From contig CM119380.1 in NCBI GenBank assembly GCA_051294905.1, forward strand, positions 21,886,001-21,950,000: DNA of 64,000 nucleotides, read 5' to 3'. The DNA is from Botryllus schlosseri (lineage: Eukaryota). Both the position numbers and the translations under genes were made by a program. Below are positions 1-14,600 of this stretch, in pieces. Each line of letters begins with the position of its first letter. The first letter of the stretch is position 1. The notes under the pieces were generated by a model, which was not told the DNA's origin, made no database searches, and saw only the letters and a program-made list of their open reading frames with translations.

Positions 1-605
1 CCCGACAGTTTAACGTGTTCGTTGATGTTTCAACCGTGTATTCATTAATCGAAACGTTTATTGCTAATAAACCAATGATGATTATTTGGATGTTGGCCTA
101 CGCCGTGGTGATGTGAAAGCAGTTATAGTACCGAGGAAGTATGCTCATTGCGAAGCCGTACTTCGTATCTTGCTCGGACCTGCCGCGTATAAAAGCGAAA
201 TGCTGCCTCGTCAAAATGTTTGCGATCACACAATGGGGCTCATTAGCGAGTCACTGGCGATTCCTTATTGAAAAGTAATTGCCTGTTGCGAATAGGCGAG
301 CAATCGCTACGCCTTTTTTGTTACAATATCTTTTGTTGTGCGCGCGGCTGCGATTGTTCCGTTCGTTATTATGAATTTATGATTGTGACGCGAGTATGGG
401 AACCCGTTGTAATTACAACGCGTGATTGCCGCTGGTCTTGTTCTAAGCTACAGCAGAGTCCCCATGTTTACGGTAGATATTTGTAGCTACAGAAATAATA
501 TGGGTATTGCGTAAGCTATGATAAATCCCTGCTAAGTCACTCATCACTATGACTCGCAACGATGGAACAACGGCATCGGCTGTGTGTTGAGTATCGGCCT
601 TCGAG

Positions 606-973
606 TTGGATTATGAATAAAATAGTGTTTACGGTGACCAATTCCAATATTTATCATTATTTACTATTACTATTTTATTCTAATCCAAATTTTTCGACGG
701 CAATAACTCCGCTTCCACTGGTTGGAATTGAACCAAACTTGGTGAACATCGTTTCTATAGACAACCTAACACTTTCATGGGGTGAACAGAAAATTTTCAA
801 ATTTGTTGTTATTGATTTTCATATGATAAATAGAAACTTTCTTGTCCAGTAGCAATGCGGCCATTGGTTGGAATTGAACCAAATTTGATGTGTGGGCTTT
901 AATTATGTAACCTAACAATTTTATCACGTAAACAGTACGATTTGAGAAAAAAAGTCATTTTTGAAGAACCCTA
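606..973. mobile_element. Partial copy of palindromic hAT-type MITE (family A)
   Basis: Matches the right half of 2602-3140 (ttggaattgaaccaaa; gtacgatttgagaaaaaaagtcatttttgaagaacccta). Confidence 0.75.
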
Positions 974-2601
974 CTGCTCAAGCTCAGTATCAACGCAGTA
1001 CCAGTGGCTTACGGAAATTCGATCCAAGTATATGATAAAGTATAATGGTGTTTAAAAAACCGACGCTTTTCTGCGTGAGAATACCCGTATTTATGGATTA
1101 CGATGAATAGTCGTGATTTTACTCAAGAATCAGGCATGTTTAAAATGCGATCGATTATGATCTATCGAAGAGAGGCGATTACGATTGCCAGATGTTGTGT
1201 TGATAGTTGACAAGCGAAATGTAGAGGAATGCGCTGGTCCCCGATTGTACGTACTAGTTCTTTAATTTTACTCTTTTTATCTTGAAACAATGTTAAAGCG
1301 GGGCCTACGCACTTTATCGCGGAAAAATTATAACACTGGTCATGTTTTTATGACGACCATGCTTAAATTTTGCGGGTTTTCGATGGGGGCTTCGCAAAAT
1401 CTAATCGAGTATATATCATTATGACGTCTTGTACATAAGGGGAAATCTGAAATGTGTACCTTTCACTCGACAACAAATAAGATATTCCCGTTTAAATAGG
1501 TAAGAATTTCCTGAGTGGCTACCAAAAATATGACAAAGGCCACTGTGACAACACAGCGGGTTAATCGCTACTTCAAAGAAATGTCGCTTGAACATGCGTA
1601 CTTCGTAGCCATTTGCCAAATGTTTCGGATGCTGTGGTGTGAAGGAATTATCCTCGAAAATATAATTCTTAGCTCACGGCCGCATTCCAGGGGATAGTCG
1701 TAATGAACTAACTGATGGGCGCCAAATACCCATGTTATACTGTCTATGTCTAATGTCCATTGTACATTTCCGGCGAGCTCCGGATTAATCTATTTATTGA
1801 TCTTGGCTTACTGTACGCGCCGAAATCGCGAGTGGTAATGTTATGAATAGTCTCTAGGATTCACGAATGAATTTCGTCATGAATATTGGTAGTTTCACAT
1901 ATTACTACTATCAAACAATTATCCGTTCTCAGCCCGTGTGATCAGATTCACCGGTCGAGTTGACGGAGGGGTTGCTTCCGGAAATTTATGGCACGTTGTA
2001 AATGATGACGGTTCTTCGGGTTGGCCGATGGTTATATTAGTCACTTTGTTGCGTGCAGTTATTTGTTGACATTCGATCAGGATTGTCGAAATGTCGATTA
2101 TAGTGGAAAGACATTGGAATCGCCCAAACGTACCAGGAACAGAGTTTTTTCGTGATGAGAGCACGATTTCGAGTTGATATTTCTATATGGGCGCATCATT
2201 TTCCTCTGCTGTTCGCATATGTACAGTAGGGCTCAGATTACAAATGGGTATTACTATAGGGCCATTCCATACACAGACAAACTATGTTCACATCACTACC
2301 TCTTCAAATCTCCTGAAATTTGGTACGCGCAGAGATAAACTTATTCCGAACAGGATGAACTTTATTTTATGAAAATTGGACTTTGGGGTCAAAAGTTACG
2401 TCACTTTGAAAATTGACAATTTTCTGCTCATCATTTTTCTGCTCATTTTCTGCATCATCATTGTGTACGACTCTACTTGTCGGCTATGCATTCCGTAGAG
2501 GTGCTGTTCGAGGAGCGATCCAGCGCACTATCTGCTTGATAGGAATAAATTCAATACTATTGGGATACGCGATCGTGGATGTATATTTTGGTTATATTCA
2601 G

Positions 2602-3140
2602 TAGTGCTCTTCAAAAGTGACTTTGTTTCTCAAATCGTACAATAAAAAATTTGAAAATTTTCTGTTCACCCCATGAAAGTGTTAGGCTGTCTATAGAAAC
2701 GATGCTCACCAAATTAGGTTCAATCCCAACCAGTGGAAGCTGAGATATTGCCGTCGAAAAATTTGGATTTGAATAAAATAGTATTTACGGTGAACGATTC
2801 TTTGTTTATTTATTATAGTTGTGCTCACCGTAAATACTATTTTATTCAAATCCAAAATTTTTGACGGCAATAACTCCGCATCCACTGGTTGGAATTGAAC
2901 CAAATTTGGTGAGGATCGTTTCTATAGACAGCCTAACTCTTTCATGGGATGAACAGAAAATTTTCAAATTTTTTATTATTTATTTTTGTATAATAATTAG
3001 AAACTTTATTCTCCTGTAGCAAAGCGGTTACTGGCTGGAATTGAACCAAATTTTGTGTGTAGGCTTAAATTAGGTAACCTAACAATTTTATCAAGTAGCC
3101 AGTACGATTTGAGAAAAAAAGTCATTTTTGAAGAGCCCTA
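2602..3140. mobile_element. hAT-type palindromic MITE (family A)
   Basis: TIRs TAGTGCTCTTCAAAAG / TTTTTGAAGAGCCCTA, internal arms of about 180 bp in inverted orientation, perfect 8-bp TSD ATATTCAG (2594-2601 and 3141-3148). Confidence 0.9.
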
Positions 3141-3214
3141 ATATTCAGTTTATATGCGTGTTCGTGGTCCTGCGTGCGACTCAACTCACCCTTTTCGGGC
3201 GACGTTTTCATCGA

Positions 3215-3255
3215 ACTTTATGACGTCACATTAACCGTCGCCATTTTCAGAGCTC
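3215..3255 (+). promoter_or_regulatory. Possible promoter of the unassigned gene (CRE plus YY1-like motif)
   Basis: TGACGTCA and GCCATTTT within 30 bp, with a candidate donor GTGAGA near 3393. The link to the 8627 gene is inferred. Confidence 0.3.
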
Positions 3256-4294
3256 CTTTCACGGAGGGCCACTGGAGAGCTTGCAGTTGATGAGCGAGAA
3301 TCATCAACGGGCCGCCCGACAAAAGTCGCTGTCCACGAACAGCCAGAGGCTGCAGAGGAAGTTTTTGGATCGGCAAAAGATTAAAATGCTGAGTGAGATT
3401 TTACCGGGCGCGTCGCGCATGCGCTGGATGACTCATTTGTTTACCTTTCTCGTGCCACAGAACCATTGGCGGCGCACAAGAACCAAAATAACCTCCCGAA
3501 ATTTTACGAGATGTCGCCGTCCGAATTGTGAGTTTTTTTCTGTTCTATGTAGACACTGTGTTACGCGGTGCAGGCTTTTCGTAGCAAACTGCTGATACAA
3601 GATAAGACAGACAGGCCAGGCGGCGGATACCGCGCTCTCGACAAGTTGTCTATATCGTGTGGGCTGAAAATAAATGAACCTATGTGTTCTACCTCCTACG
3701 TCAATGTTGATTGTGCTAGTTTGAGTGGATTTAATAAGAACGTTTGAGGCTTATCTAGGCTCATCCCCGCCATATCATCCGTGTAAGCGGTGTCTTCTAG
3801 AGAGCCTAGAAGTGGGCCATGCTACAAGTCGGTATCTACGGAATCAAATGAAAATTAGCCTGGTGTACATGACCATGACCAATTGACCATATACTGGTCG
3901 ACAAGCACCGTGAATACCACAAACAAACAACGTTGTATCTGTTCAGTTCAGTTCAGTTTATTTATAATATCATCATTTCAAAACACGATAAAATAGCTAT
4001 GAAATGAGACGATAGCAAGATTACGTATGTTCGTTCAGAACCGTATTTTTGATTTCTAGGCTGTGCAAAATCGAGTCCCTCAATGATTCGATTTGTTGTT
4101 GTTGTTTTCATAGTGTTTTTCTACATCAATGGTCATTTAAAACAGGCCGATATTATTTATTTTGATTCCGTAACTGTTGGCTGGTAGTCGGCGCACTTCT
4201 AGGCTTTTATGACACCGCTTTCGCGGATCAGATGACGTGGAGGAGCCTAGATAAACCTTCAACGCTTGGGATGGGATTCTAGAGTCGATCTCGG

Positions 4295-4890
4295 TCGGAC
4301 TATAGATAACTAACCTACGGATAGATAGTAGATACGCAACACCGGTCGTCACGCTCTCTTGCCCGGAGGAAAATACTGCTCAGCAATCTGAACGCAGCAT
4401 AATTGCTAATCCCATAGCTGACAACCTGAGATCTCAAATTACAAAAAGTTGATCTTATTTGAAAGCTACTGTCGCCTTAATTCTGAAAATACACATTAAA
4501 AGTTCATTAAGGGAATGAAACCCGCTCGAAAGAGCCTTCAAAGTATGAAAATCGGCATTGTTGCTAACAATGGCAGCGACGCAGCACAATGACCATAACA
4601 ATGGCCCTTGCATGGTTGCGATTGTTTACAACAATGCAGATTTTCAGACTTTGAGGTGTATTTTGAGTGGGTTTCGCTGCCCTGATCAGATTGTAATGTA
4701 TATTTTCGAAATCAGTGCGACAGTAGCTTTCAAATAAGATCAACTTTATTTAAATTGAGCGCTCAGGTCATCAGCTATGGGATTAGCAATTATGCTGCGT
4801 TCAGATTCCTGAGCAGTAATTTCCTCCGGGCAAGCAAGCGTGACGACGGGTGTTACGTATCTATCCGTAGGTTAGTTATCTATAGTCGGA
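4295..4890. mobile_element. Foldback/MITE-like element with inverted arms of about 200 bp
   Basis: 4295-4500 is the diverged reverse complement of 4690-4890 (GACTATAGATAACTAACCTACGGA / TCCGTAGGTTAGTTATCTATAGTC). Confidence 0.8.
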
Positions 4891-5082
4891 CTCGAACCCG
4901 CAACCTATTGGCGTTACACCTGTGGATCATACCACGGCAACTTCACGACTAGGGCGGCGAAAGATCGATTACCTGGGCTGGGTATACCGAGTACACAAGG
5001 CTCCGAGTCGACTATTCAAATATCACTCATTATGACGTCATAAAAGTTTGAATCATGTGGATAGTTCATATGCATACATTTT

Positions 5083-5611
5083 TAGGGCTGGGCAAAATCG
5101 AGTACCTGAGTGATTCGATTCTGAATCACGTATTATGCTTCGAGTCGAGTCGAATCATCAAGTATCAATCATTATGACGTCACAACATAATGTAATATGT
5201 CAAAATTAAGATATGTACCTTTTATGCACCCACAAAGAATATAATGCCTGTTATATCCATCATATTTAAGATACTTCGGTATTATTTCGACCATACTGGT
5301 TTCATTGCACTAGTTGACAATGTTGTGGGATGATCATGACTTCGGAAATGTGCAATTTCCAGTAACGTTCGTAGCTATAGGTACTACATGTATATGTTTC
5401 GTATGCTACAATACGGTCACTCACTGTTTCAAGGCTACAACAGTGAAAATTAGTTTCGAAACTATAATTTTTATTGATAAATTAACTTTCAATTGCGAGG
5501 AACGTATAATTTCAGTACGCGAAAAAATCGTCTTTTACTACTCGACTCGAATCATTAAAATTAATACTCGATTCCCAGATTCGAGTACTCGAATCATTGT
5601 GCCCGGCCCTA
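5083..5611. mobile_element. hAT-type MITE (family B)
   Basis: Ends TAGGGCTGGGCAAAATCGAGTAC / GAGTACTCGAATCATTGTGCCCGGCCCTA, perfect 8-bp TSD TACATTTT. Related fragments near 4057, 4950, 12320-12400, 28460 and 36700-36764. Confidence 0.9.
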
Positions 5612-7199
5612 TACATTTTATGCGATCACTAAGAAATCAATGCCAGTTTTAGATCACGTTGAAAATAATTTGGTATATTTTCGACCAACCCATTTCATAC
5701 ATTTCGTGACAATGCTGATGGGTTGATCACGACGTCGCAGAAATGATATTCCCGTCAACATGCGTAGCTTTGTACTAAGCTTCGTATGCTGCGATACGGC
5801 GTACGACCAATCGGGGTTTCAAGGCTTCCACTATGGGGTACATTGCATCGAAAGGAAAGAGGCGTATATGAATTCAGGACTCGAAAAAACATCTTTAACT
5901 ACGCGACTCGAATGATTACAGTTGATATTATCTGTCTAATATCCGTCGCCACTGCTGGTCAATATCGTTTCGTTAGATTTTGTGGCAACGGAGAAATAGG
6001 TATGCGGAAGACAACTGTTCTTGAAAACTTCCGTACGCGGTCTGTTTTTGACCAAGTCAATGATTCGTTTTGTGGTGCCGGGAGTTTGCTCAACTCTTTC
6101 TCGAAGACGGGATTGATGTAGTTGTTATAACTGCTTTGTGTTTTATTGAATCAATTCGATAATATCGTCATTAGTTTTACCAGGCCTATTCACCGTGGCA
6201 CTCCTTTTATGTCGGCACCCGCCGTTGGCATTTGCATTGTTAGCGCCGGGTTTTGGTACAGGATATAGCCTACTCAGCGGAGCATAGGCATGTAATAGTC
6301 TCCGTATGGAAGTCAGATTTTTTTGGCGGTTTTACCATACGGTTTGAATCCTCGATGACGTCATAATATAAGACTCTAAGTACTGTAACCAGGAGTTTTA
6401 AAGGTCGTGGACATATGAGGGCAATAGAGCAAAAGCAATTGAGCGTATTGGCTGATGTTATGGTTAGGATTGGACCTCGGGTTACGGATAGTTTGGGGTT
6501 ATAAAGTCGCATGCTAGAGTTTGGTATGTTCAACAGTCATATTTATTCATTGTGGCACATGTTCAAATGTAGGGCAACCAGTTTACAACGCGAGATACTA
6601 CCTCTCGAGTACAGCACGAGTTCAAAGCACGCCGTGCATAAGGCCTGTGGAGGTTATTATGAATGTGTTGTTAGATCATATATTGTTTTGATACCATAGC
6701 ATAGTAAGACTACTATACGATGAGTTCACGACGCATTTATTCTAACGTAGTCCGATCGCTGACACGATTGCTTCTTTACCTCTGATTGTATAATGTATAT
6801 TCATTTCAATACGAATAAACTATTCTATTGTATATTATTATTTGGGATTTTGTCGACCCTTACAAGGCGTGTTGTCCGTTAGGTGTCGTCGTAAGCACGC
6901 GCTATTACAATATAGATAACTAACCGTAGGTATTACAATAACGTAACGCTTGCCACCTGTGCGCCCCGCTGGCGGCTCTGTCTTGTTTATAAAACTCTCC
7001 ATGGCTCCACTCGAATGGAGTCGTGTTGTAGCAACAAGTATGTCACGTACTATGACGGAATTCTTTAGTAGTACAAGCCGAATGATGGAAGCGCATTATT
7101 TATCTTTCGAGCCTATGTTGTTTGACACAACAGAGCACAACGACTCTGTGGAATTGTGTATAGGCCTAAACGGTGCGAAATGGAAATAACAGGATAAAT

Positions 7200-7500
7200 T
7201 GAGGCATCACCTGTCGGCATCATAACAGTTGGTGATGCGTAGTGGAATATGGCAATAAACTTCAATCAAATTATCATTGATACTGCGATCGTGCACTTTT
7301 CCATACCAGTCATATTATTGAAATCACCGAATATTTTTATGAGCGCACCTCGCTTATTTCCAAATCTGCTAAGCACATGAAGAATGCCGATTCACTAGCC
7401 GAAAACTCGAATAGTTACGATTGGATTGATCAACTCCGCCGGTACACGGTAATCCGTGATTGCAATTGCAATCGCTTCTTCGAAAAGTTTCCCACCGCTA
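7200..7500 (-). pseudogene. Very degenerate BEL/Pao-like LTR retrotransposon integrase remnant
   Basis: Minus-strand LHVLSRFGNKRGALIKIFGDFNNMTG resembles the integrase motif LxRFxxRRGxPxxIxSDNxTNFxG. Stops on both sides. Confidence 0.35.
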
Positions 7501-8626
7501 TGAATAGTTTCTGTTTATACTAATGCTAACCAGCGATGCTGCTTTAATTAGGATTTTCGTTTTTGTCTACAATTTGAATGCGTAAAATGCCGACTTTATC
7601 GATGTGTATTTCGGCGCTGATGTACCATACAGTTGCCATTCCATCCCGGTCGGCAATTACGAAATAGTCAGCCTCCAACCATTACCAAGCTTACTTTCGC
7701 GTAGCGTCACCGTGTTAATGTTGACATTCGCATCTCGCTAATACGATTTGGCCAATCTCAACACAATTTTGCAGAATGTTGCAATTATTACACTCTCGCG
7801 TATTCAAGTTGAAAGCAAACGCTGACCGCGTCGCCAATAGGAATAATTACGCGTCCTCGCGCACCATCGGAAGAATCCACTTATGTCCTTGAAGCCGGTC
7901 GAATTACCTTCTCGGGTGTCATTGTATTACGCGGGTCGCGATTGTCAACATCGATATGACATATTACTAGCCGGGTATTATAGAAATATCGTGTCACGTG
8001 TGTTGGTACATACCTCGACAACAATGGGCCTGATATTATACGCCAACAGATAGCATTGCTGCCTAAACGCGCGGTTCGCATATCGGTCTTGTTAGGTCGG
8101 AAGGTGCTATAACCGGGGCGATTAATCGTTTGGTAATGCCTTTTGTCGCAGAGTTGGGTATATAATGTGTTGCTTTATGCCGCGTGTCTACCAGTATCGG
8201 CTGGATTACTCTGCAGGGTAGTGCTCTTCTTAGTTGGCTGTATGAGTCTTATTACATTCCGGCTGTTTGCTAATAAGTCCTTTCAGGGTGACTTGAAGTG
8301 GGGTCTTGTTATTCTAGTATCCACTCGAACACCCAATCTGCGCGAAAGTAGCAGGGTGGTCATAGTATCCGCCAATTCCCGACTTCAATTTAGCGTTGCC
8401 GACGGATAGCGCTTCAAGAGATTCAAAATGTTATAAATATACATAGCCAGTGATTTATAACCATCGGAATCACTTGATAAACACGCCAATTTCTTCAGTA
8501 TCGTAGAAACGTGTTTGCTAATATAAGGTCAGGTGACGCGGCGGCAGTAAAGACGTCTCAGTGCAGTCTGCTGATGCAAAGTTCATTATTATAAATATAA
8601 GTTTATGTTGATGGATTGCTGGCATC

Positions 8627-11600
8627 ATGGTTTCAAGTAAGATGGTGGATATAAAGCAAGCCGGTCACGACGTGAAAAAACTCGCAGAGTTGATGGACAG
8701 TTATCATAGCTTGAGTCAGGTGTACGACACTAAACCGAAAGCTACGTTAAAGAAACGGACTATAGATAACGAAAGAGTCCCGCCGCTGTATAGAGAGGGG
8801 GGTGATTTTGCAAATTCGAACTCTATCCCAAAACCGGTGCCGCCTTTGATACAAAGAAAGGGCAGAAAATACAACCAAATAAGTGGTCACGATTCTTTGA
8901 AAAAACGGGGCAAGCCGGATTCGAAACCGGGCAGGGAAATGCCGGCCAAATTCCATTCGGGTAAAGGTGTCGGCGTCAAAATTTTCAAATTGAAAGACGC
9001 GAACTCGGAAGGAAATGTATTGCGGTCCGTGCCTGTGTGTCAAGACGACTTGAAGTATGCCTTTCACAGAGAGCCTCAAAAATCCATCTCACCCGACGAT
9101 ACATTGTATCAAGAAGCTTTAACGTCGCCCAGGAAATACGCCAATTTGAACAGTCGAAATCACACATTGAAACCCCGCCTCGAGACGCTAGGCAGTAAAA
9201 GAGCCCAGTTCAAATTGGACAAAGCAAATACCATTGGAGACGTGGATTTCGATCGTGAAAATGCGCAGAAAAGAGATTACCGCTTGTCCCGCGGATATGT
9301 AAACGATGTGTTTGCCAAAGAGAATTCGGACGTATTTGTCGAGGCTAATCTAAGGACAGTGGATAATGTTGGTATAGATACCATCTCGAAAGGAACGGAG
9401 ATTGGTAAAAGGAGAGGTTTCACACAAAACCCAACTCATTGTGATGTAAAGAACGCAGTTCAGAATGGTGGTCAGACACGCTCTACGCGATTCGCGGATA
9501 ACTCTGACATTGACATAAGAAGGCGGCAGGCAGCGGACATTTTCGAACAAAATCTTAAAAAGGCTTCGGAGAAGATTACGGAAGCCGAGTTTGAGATGGA
9601 CAAAATACCGGGAGTTTTGAAAATGCCGAAATTTGTGCGCGCGGTCGAAGAGATTAACGCCGAAAATAGTTTTCGGAGAAGCGGAAGAATGTTGGCGGAA
9701 AGGGCGAATACTCTGTCGGCGAGCAGTTATTACATATCCGCTCAACCTTATCTAGCTTCGCTCAGTTCGATTACGGCTTCCGATCAGGTTTCGCGTGTAG
9801 ATTCGAGAATTTCTGACGGAAGTCCCGCGGCACCTGCCAATACCCCCCAGTCTAAAAACACTCCGTTTTCCTCGCCGAGAAACGCGGGGACATCGCCATT
9901 GCCACCCGCGACTAAAAGAAATGATCCCTCAAAATCGAATAGAGTTGCGTCCATTCCAAAGGGGCGCGATGATATTGGCAGGAATCGTGCCTCAGATTTG
10001 AAAAAAACTCGAAAGGTGATGGCGGGGAACAAAGGGAAAATTCGAAAGTCTGGCTCGTTGAAAGATCCGAACTTAGAGACTTGTGTGCAGGGCCGGTCCT
10101 TTTCCAATGCTGTCAGTGTGTCGGATGGGACAGAATCCCCGAAACACGTTGGTCAAAGCGAGGGTGAAAATTCAAGAACAATTCACGAACGAAGCACAGG
10201 CAACGGCAGCAAAGACGTTGAAAATACTGACGAAGTGAAAAAAGGAGGTGACCGGCCAATTTTTGACGTTTGCGAAAGTTTCGTGATACGTGCAAAGCAA
10301 CCGGCACGGCACAGATCCTCACAAACATCCCCCGATGAACCCAAGACGCCGAAAATAACGCGGGTGCCGCGTAAAAAGCTTTCACCGCTGCACACGGAAA
10401 CTCGGCGCAGCAAATTTATCCTAGCGAGAACCGATAAGAGTTTGACTGGGCTGGAAAAGGGCCCCGTACGCTTGGTGTCGGACCCAGTCTCGTTTTCCGT
10501 GCGTCACCCGGTTTATGCGTCCTGCGACGCAGAGGTATCGCAAAGTATACCAAAATTGTCTAGAAACGTGCTACTCGGCAGGAGTGCAGACTTTGGCGAT
10601 ACTAGCGTTAAACAAGATTCAGCCACTGTAGTATTTTATCATCACGAGTCACGGGATAGTGAATTCAAACGGAAATATGAAAAGAACGATGCAATGCCGG
10701 GATCTGATGAGCTTAATTCGAGAATAACTCCAGACAAACAGCTGGTGGGGAGTACAGAAAGTGATAATGCTGGTGCCAACATGACAAGTCATGACGAGAA
10801 CAGGTGGACTCGCAAAACCGGTTTCCCTCTCTTAAAAATAGCGGAAACGGAAGACCGTGGGTCACAGCGTTTGAACGAAGATCGTGTCACGTTTTTACGG
10901 TTGATGGAACGCGAGCTGACTAGAGAAACATTGCCGATTACGAAAAGCCTCCGTGCGGTAGCCGATATCGAACAGGAGATTTTACGTAGCCCTTCGCTGT
11001 CTGCAATGTGGAAAAAATTCTCGTTGGGTGAAGATGCGCCAACAGCGCAATCCTACGCTACGCTCGCTTCGAAATGCCCCATCAAACACGACGGGCCTGA
11101 GGAATTGAAGGTTGAAATCGAAAACACGCCACTGTACGATAGTAAAAGCAAGCAGTTAGCGTTCAAGTTGAACTATGTTCTGTCTGACGCAACAAGGAGA
11201 TATACATTCCCGTTTGGGCCCCCGATAAAACCACAGATTAAATCGGTGAAATCAGTGTCGTCAGGTAGTGACGAATCCGGTCCCAAATCCTTGTCGATCA
11301 CGGATTTAAACTTAGAATTAAACCCCGGCGATCGGCACAAGCATTGGTTTACACCAAATGTGAAAGGGGAGTTTGGACGTCGAAAACGGAAACGTGTGTC
11401 ATTGGATGATGAAGCGCCGGGATGCGATGATTTTCAGTCTTCCTTAGCACCCCTGCCTGAAATAGCAAAATCGGGAGGAGGCAGTGTGAACGGGGCTCTG
11501 TCTTTTTATGTGGATCGCAAGTGAGTGGATTGTTGGGATTGAGGTTTGTGGTCGAGTTTGGGATGGTCGTCGTAGGCTAGTTGTGTCTCGATGAGTATGT

Positions 11601-14600
11601 CACAGCCATGAAGTTAAGATGAGTTCTGAGGAGTGTGATTATTGCTTCATGCAACCGCTTTCAGCTGTTGATTCCGCAGTATTTCTAAAATATACAATGT
11701 GCGCAAGAGGAGCAGTGCATTAATTCTAGATCAGGGTCGGGCAACATATGTCCCGTGGGCTGGATTAGGCCTGTAAAGGAATTTTAAACGGCACGCGGAG
11801 AGTTTCTACCATGAAAGTGAAATATTGACGAATTTTATGCGTCACAGAATGAATCCAAGTTTGCCAACCTGAGAGAGATGGTTATGAAACTACTTGCTCT
11901 GTTCGGGTCTACATACATTTTCGACCATGAACTGATCATTACGAGACAAGGCGCCGTTTCAATATAACTGATGCTCACGTGTAGCTGTTACTAAGGGTTT
12001 TTACGTACGACATGCAGCCAGAGTTCCAAGAATTCGTTGACAACTTTGACCGACCACAAATGTCTGATTGACTTCAACAGCTATTGTTGATAAATTCATT
12101 AAATACTGTTTTTGTCTCCATGCTTTGAACTTGAAGTTTACATTAAAAAAATGATTCATTTCTCTGAAGTCGTGATCGACCCGCAGCATTGTCACTAAGT
12201 GCAATGAAAAGATATGATCGAAAAAATGCCAATTGTCTTTATGTAGGACTGTCATTATTTTCTTTGTGTTTGCAAAAAGTTGCACGTTTTAACTTTCACA
12301 TAATCCACACTATTTTGACGTCATAATGAGTGATACTTGACTAGAAGCCTAATACTCTATTCGGAAATCAATCACTCAGTTACTTGATTTTGCTCTGCTC
12401 TAACCACTGGCCAGAGTTACCACTGTCAGTGCCGGTCCCAAGTCCAAGGGTTGTGGCTGGGATGGTACCTGGCATAGAAAACAGCCAATTTAAATAATCC
12501 TGTTCACTGATCCGCTGTGACAGCCCCTGCACGAGGTATTACAAATGAGAGACATATTTTCAGTGCTGACACATTGCGATGTTTCAGTTCCGCGGCAATA
12601 CTACCCGATCCGGGAAGCACGTACAGATTCGCGCACGATGTTTCCTTCGATGAAGGCTCGCGATACCGCACCACGGATCTACACAACGGTTTCAAAGGGA
12701 ACCCTTCGGACCACGGCTTGAACGGGCTGACCAGGCAATTTTCATCGGCTGTTGCAATGAGAAACCAGGACAACGGGTTGGGTGGCGCGGTTCTAACTAC
12801 CTCTTATGGCGACATAACGAAGTTTATTTTCAGACGATCCGATTTGAGGATATCCAGTCGCGATCATTCGTCGAACGGCAACAATTCCAATGCAAAGGAT
12901 GCTGCTCGCTCGTCAGCGTCAAATGACAAATGTGAGTCGCCACTGTTGTTGATTTCGGATCTTGGAAAAGGTGGACATTAGGGGTGCTCAAAGTAGTCAT
13001 CGTTATACGCAAGTAGAGGTAACGATTTCCCAGTAAGTAAAACAATATTAATACTAAAAACTCTCAAGTAGAAGTAATCAAAATTCATAATCACTGGTGG
13101 ACATATGAACATGCGACACTTGAGCATATGGGTTATAGTTACGGTTTGGATAATATTCAGGGTTGGGCTAGGGGGTGGTGTACAGTAGGGTTAGGACTAG
13201 AAAAAAAAAAATTTCGCCCGTAGCAGGAATTAATGAACATTTTGGTATAAATTAAAAAAATTATATTCATTTTGGTCAAATCGAAAAAAATGTCCCGCAC
13301 AAACCAACTTCAATTTTCGACACTGGTCCGAATGTAGAAAAAATTTACAATTCAAAGGTATTATTTGCTACAAATTTAATCTTCATATATATGTCCTTTT
13401 GTACTTCTGGTAAAGTTTATCCATGAATTTGACTTCTCTTTCTGTTATTATGGTAGTGCCAGGGACATCTACAACGGAAATATCCGACTTCCAATGGGAT
13501 TTTAAGGCACTTTATCGCTGAAGGACATTCGAGTGCAAAAATAGCAGCAAATAATCTTTGGTATACTCTAGAGCCCGATCGATATTGGATTATTGGGTCG
13601 ATACCAATAAAACCGATATCTCACACCTTGACCGAGAACCCCAATACATTCAGCCGATATTCAAAACAAGTTGGATATACATAAGCACATTGTCAAAGCT
13701 TCAGAGCATTTATTTGAACATCTTTACAGCCATTGTTATATTTTAACATCAAGTAAACTAGAAAGGCTACATCTGGACACCTGTTAAATGTAAGCTATGT
13801 GACATATATCAATGTTCTCAGTCTAGCGGTCAAAGATTATAGTTTTCTGACTTCCTACTGCCATGTTGTGACGTCACGAAAATTGCCGATAATTTTTCAG
13901 CTTCAATGGCTGATACCGATAATTCTAATTCTTTCAAAGTGTGATATCGTCCCGATATTATCGGCGAACCGATAAGCAGTCGGGCTCCAGTATATTCCAT
14001 CTATAGACATCTGGTTAGAATACCAGGCTTCCTGACACGCATTCGCGAGGAATAAGCATGATATCTCAAGAGTTACTCTCCATCTGGGGACTTGGAAGTA
14101 CGGAATTATAGCCCCTGAGCTCCATCTCGCATTGCGTAGAGACGGAAGTTTATGCCATTTGATTACTGGTAAACTACTATTTTCTCTGAAAGAGCGGTAT
14201 GCTCTGCACAGCACATAGATAAACTTAAAATCATCCCTCCATCCTCGGTTTTCTAATATTTTCATTTGAAATCCTGGCTTGATGGTCTGTACCAAGTTTT
14301 CGTAGTGTTTTACCATATCATCTCCAAATTTGTAGCTGAGAGTTGGATTTGTTGAGGATGTTGGATTGAAGAACTTTGATATATGCTTTAAGAATCGATA
14401 ATATTATGTTGGCAACCAATGTATTGTGGTTTATGAAAACCCTAGCTCGTCATTGCAATTTGCAGTTTCACAACAACGCCATTCCGCCGACCAGTATCAA
14501 CAGATGCTGAGTCACATATGCTATGACATTTTCAAATTTTCATCATATTCCTCTAATCGGTTTTCTAGACCGCTGAAAATATGTTAAGTTGTTCTACTTT

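Noticed and set aside
86-8409. Short ORFs of 60-112 aa in the first 8.4 kb
   Set aside because: No domain motifs or consistent splice chain, and many overlap MITEs.
8747-10413. Several minus-strand ORFs inside the large exon
   Set aside because: Antisense shadows of the 965-codon ORF.
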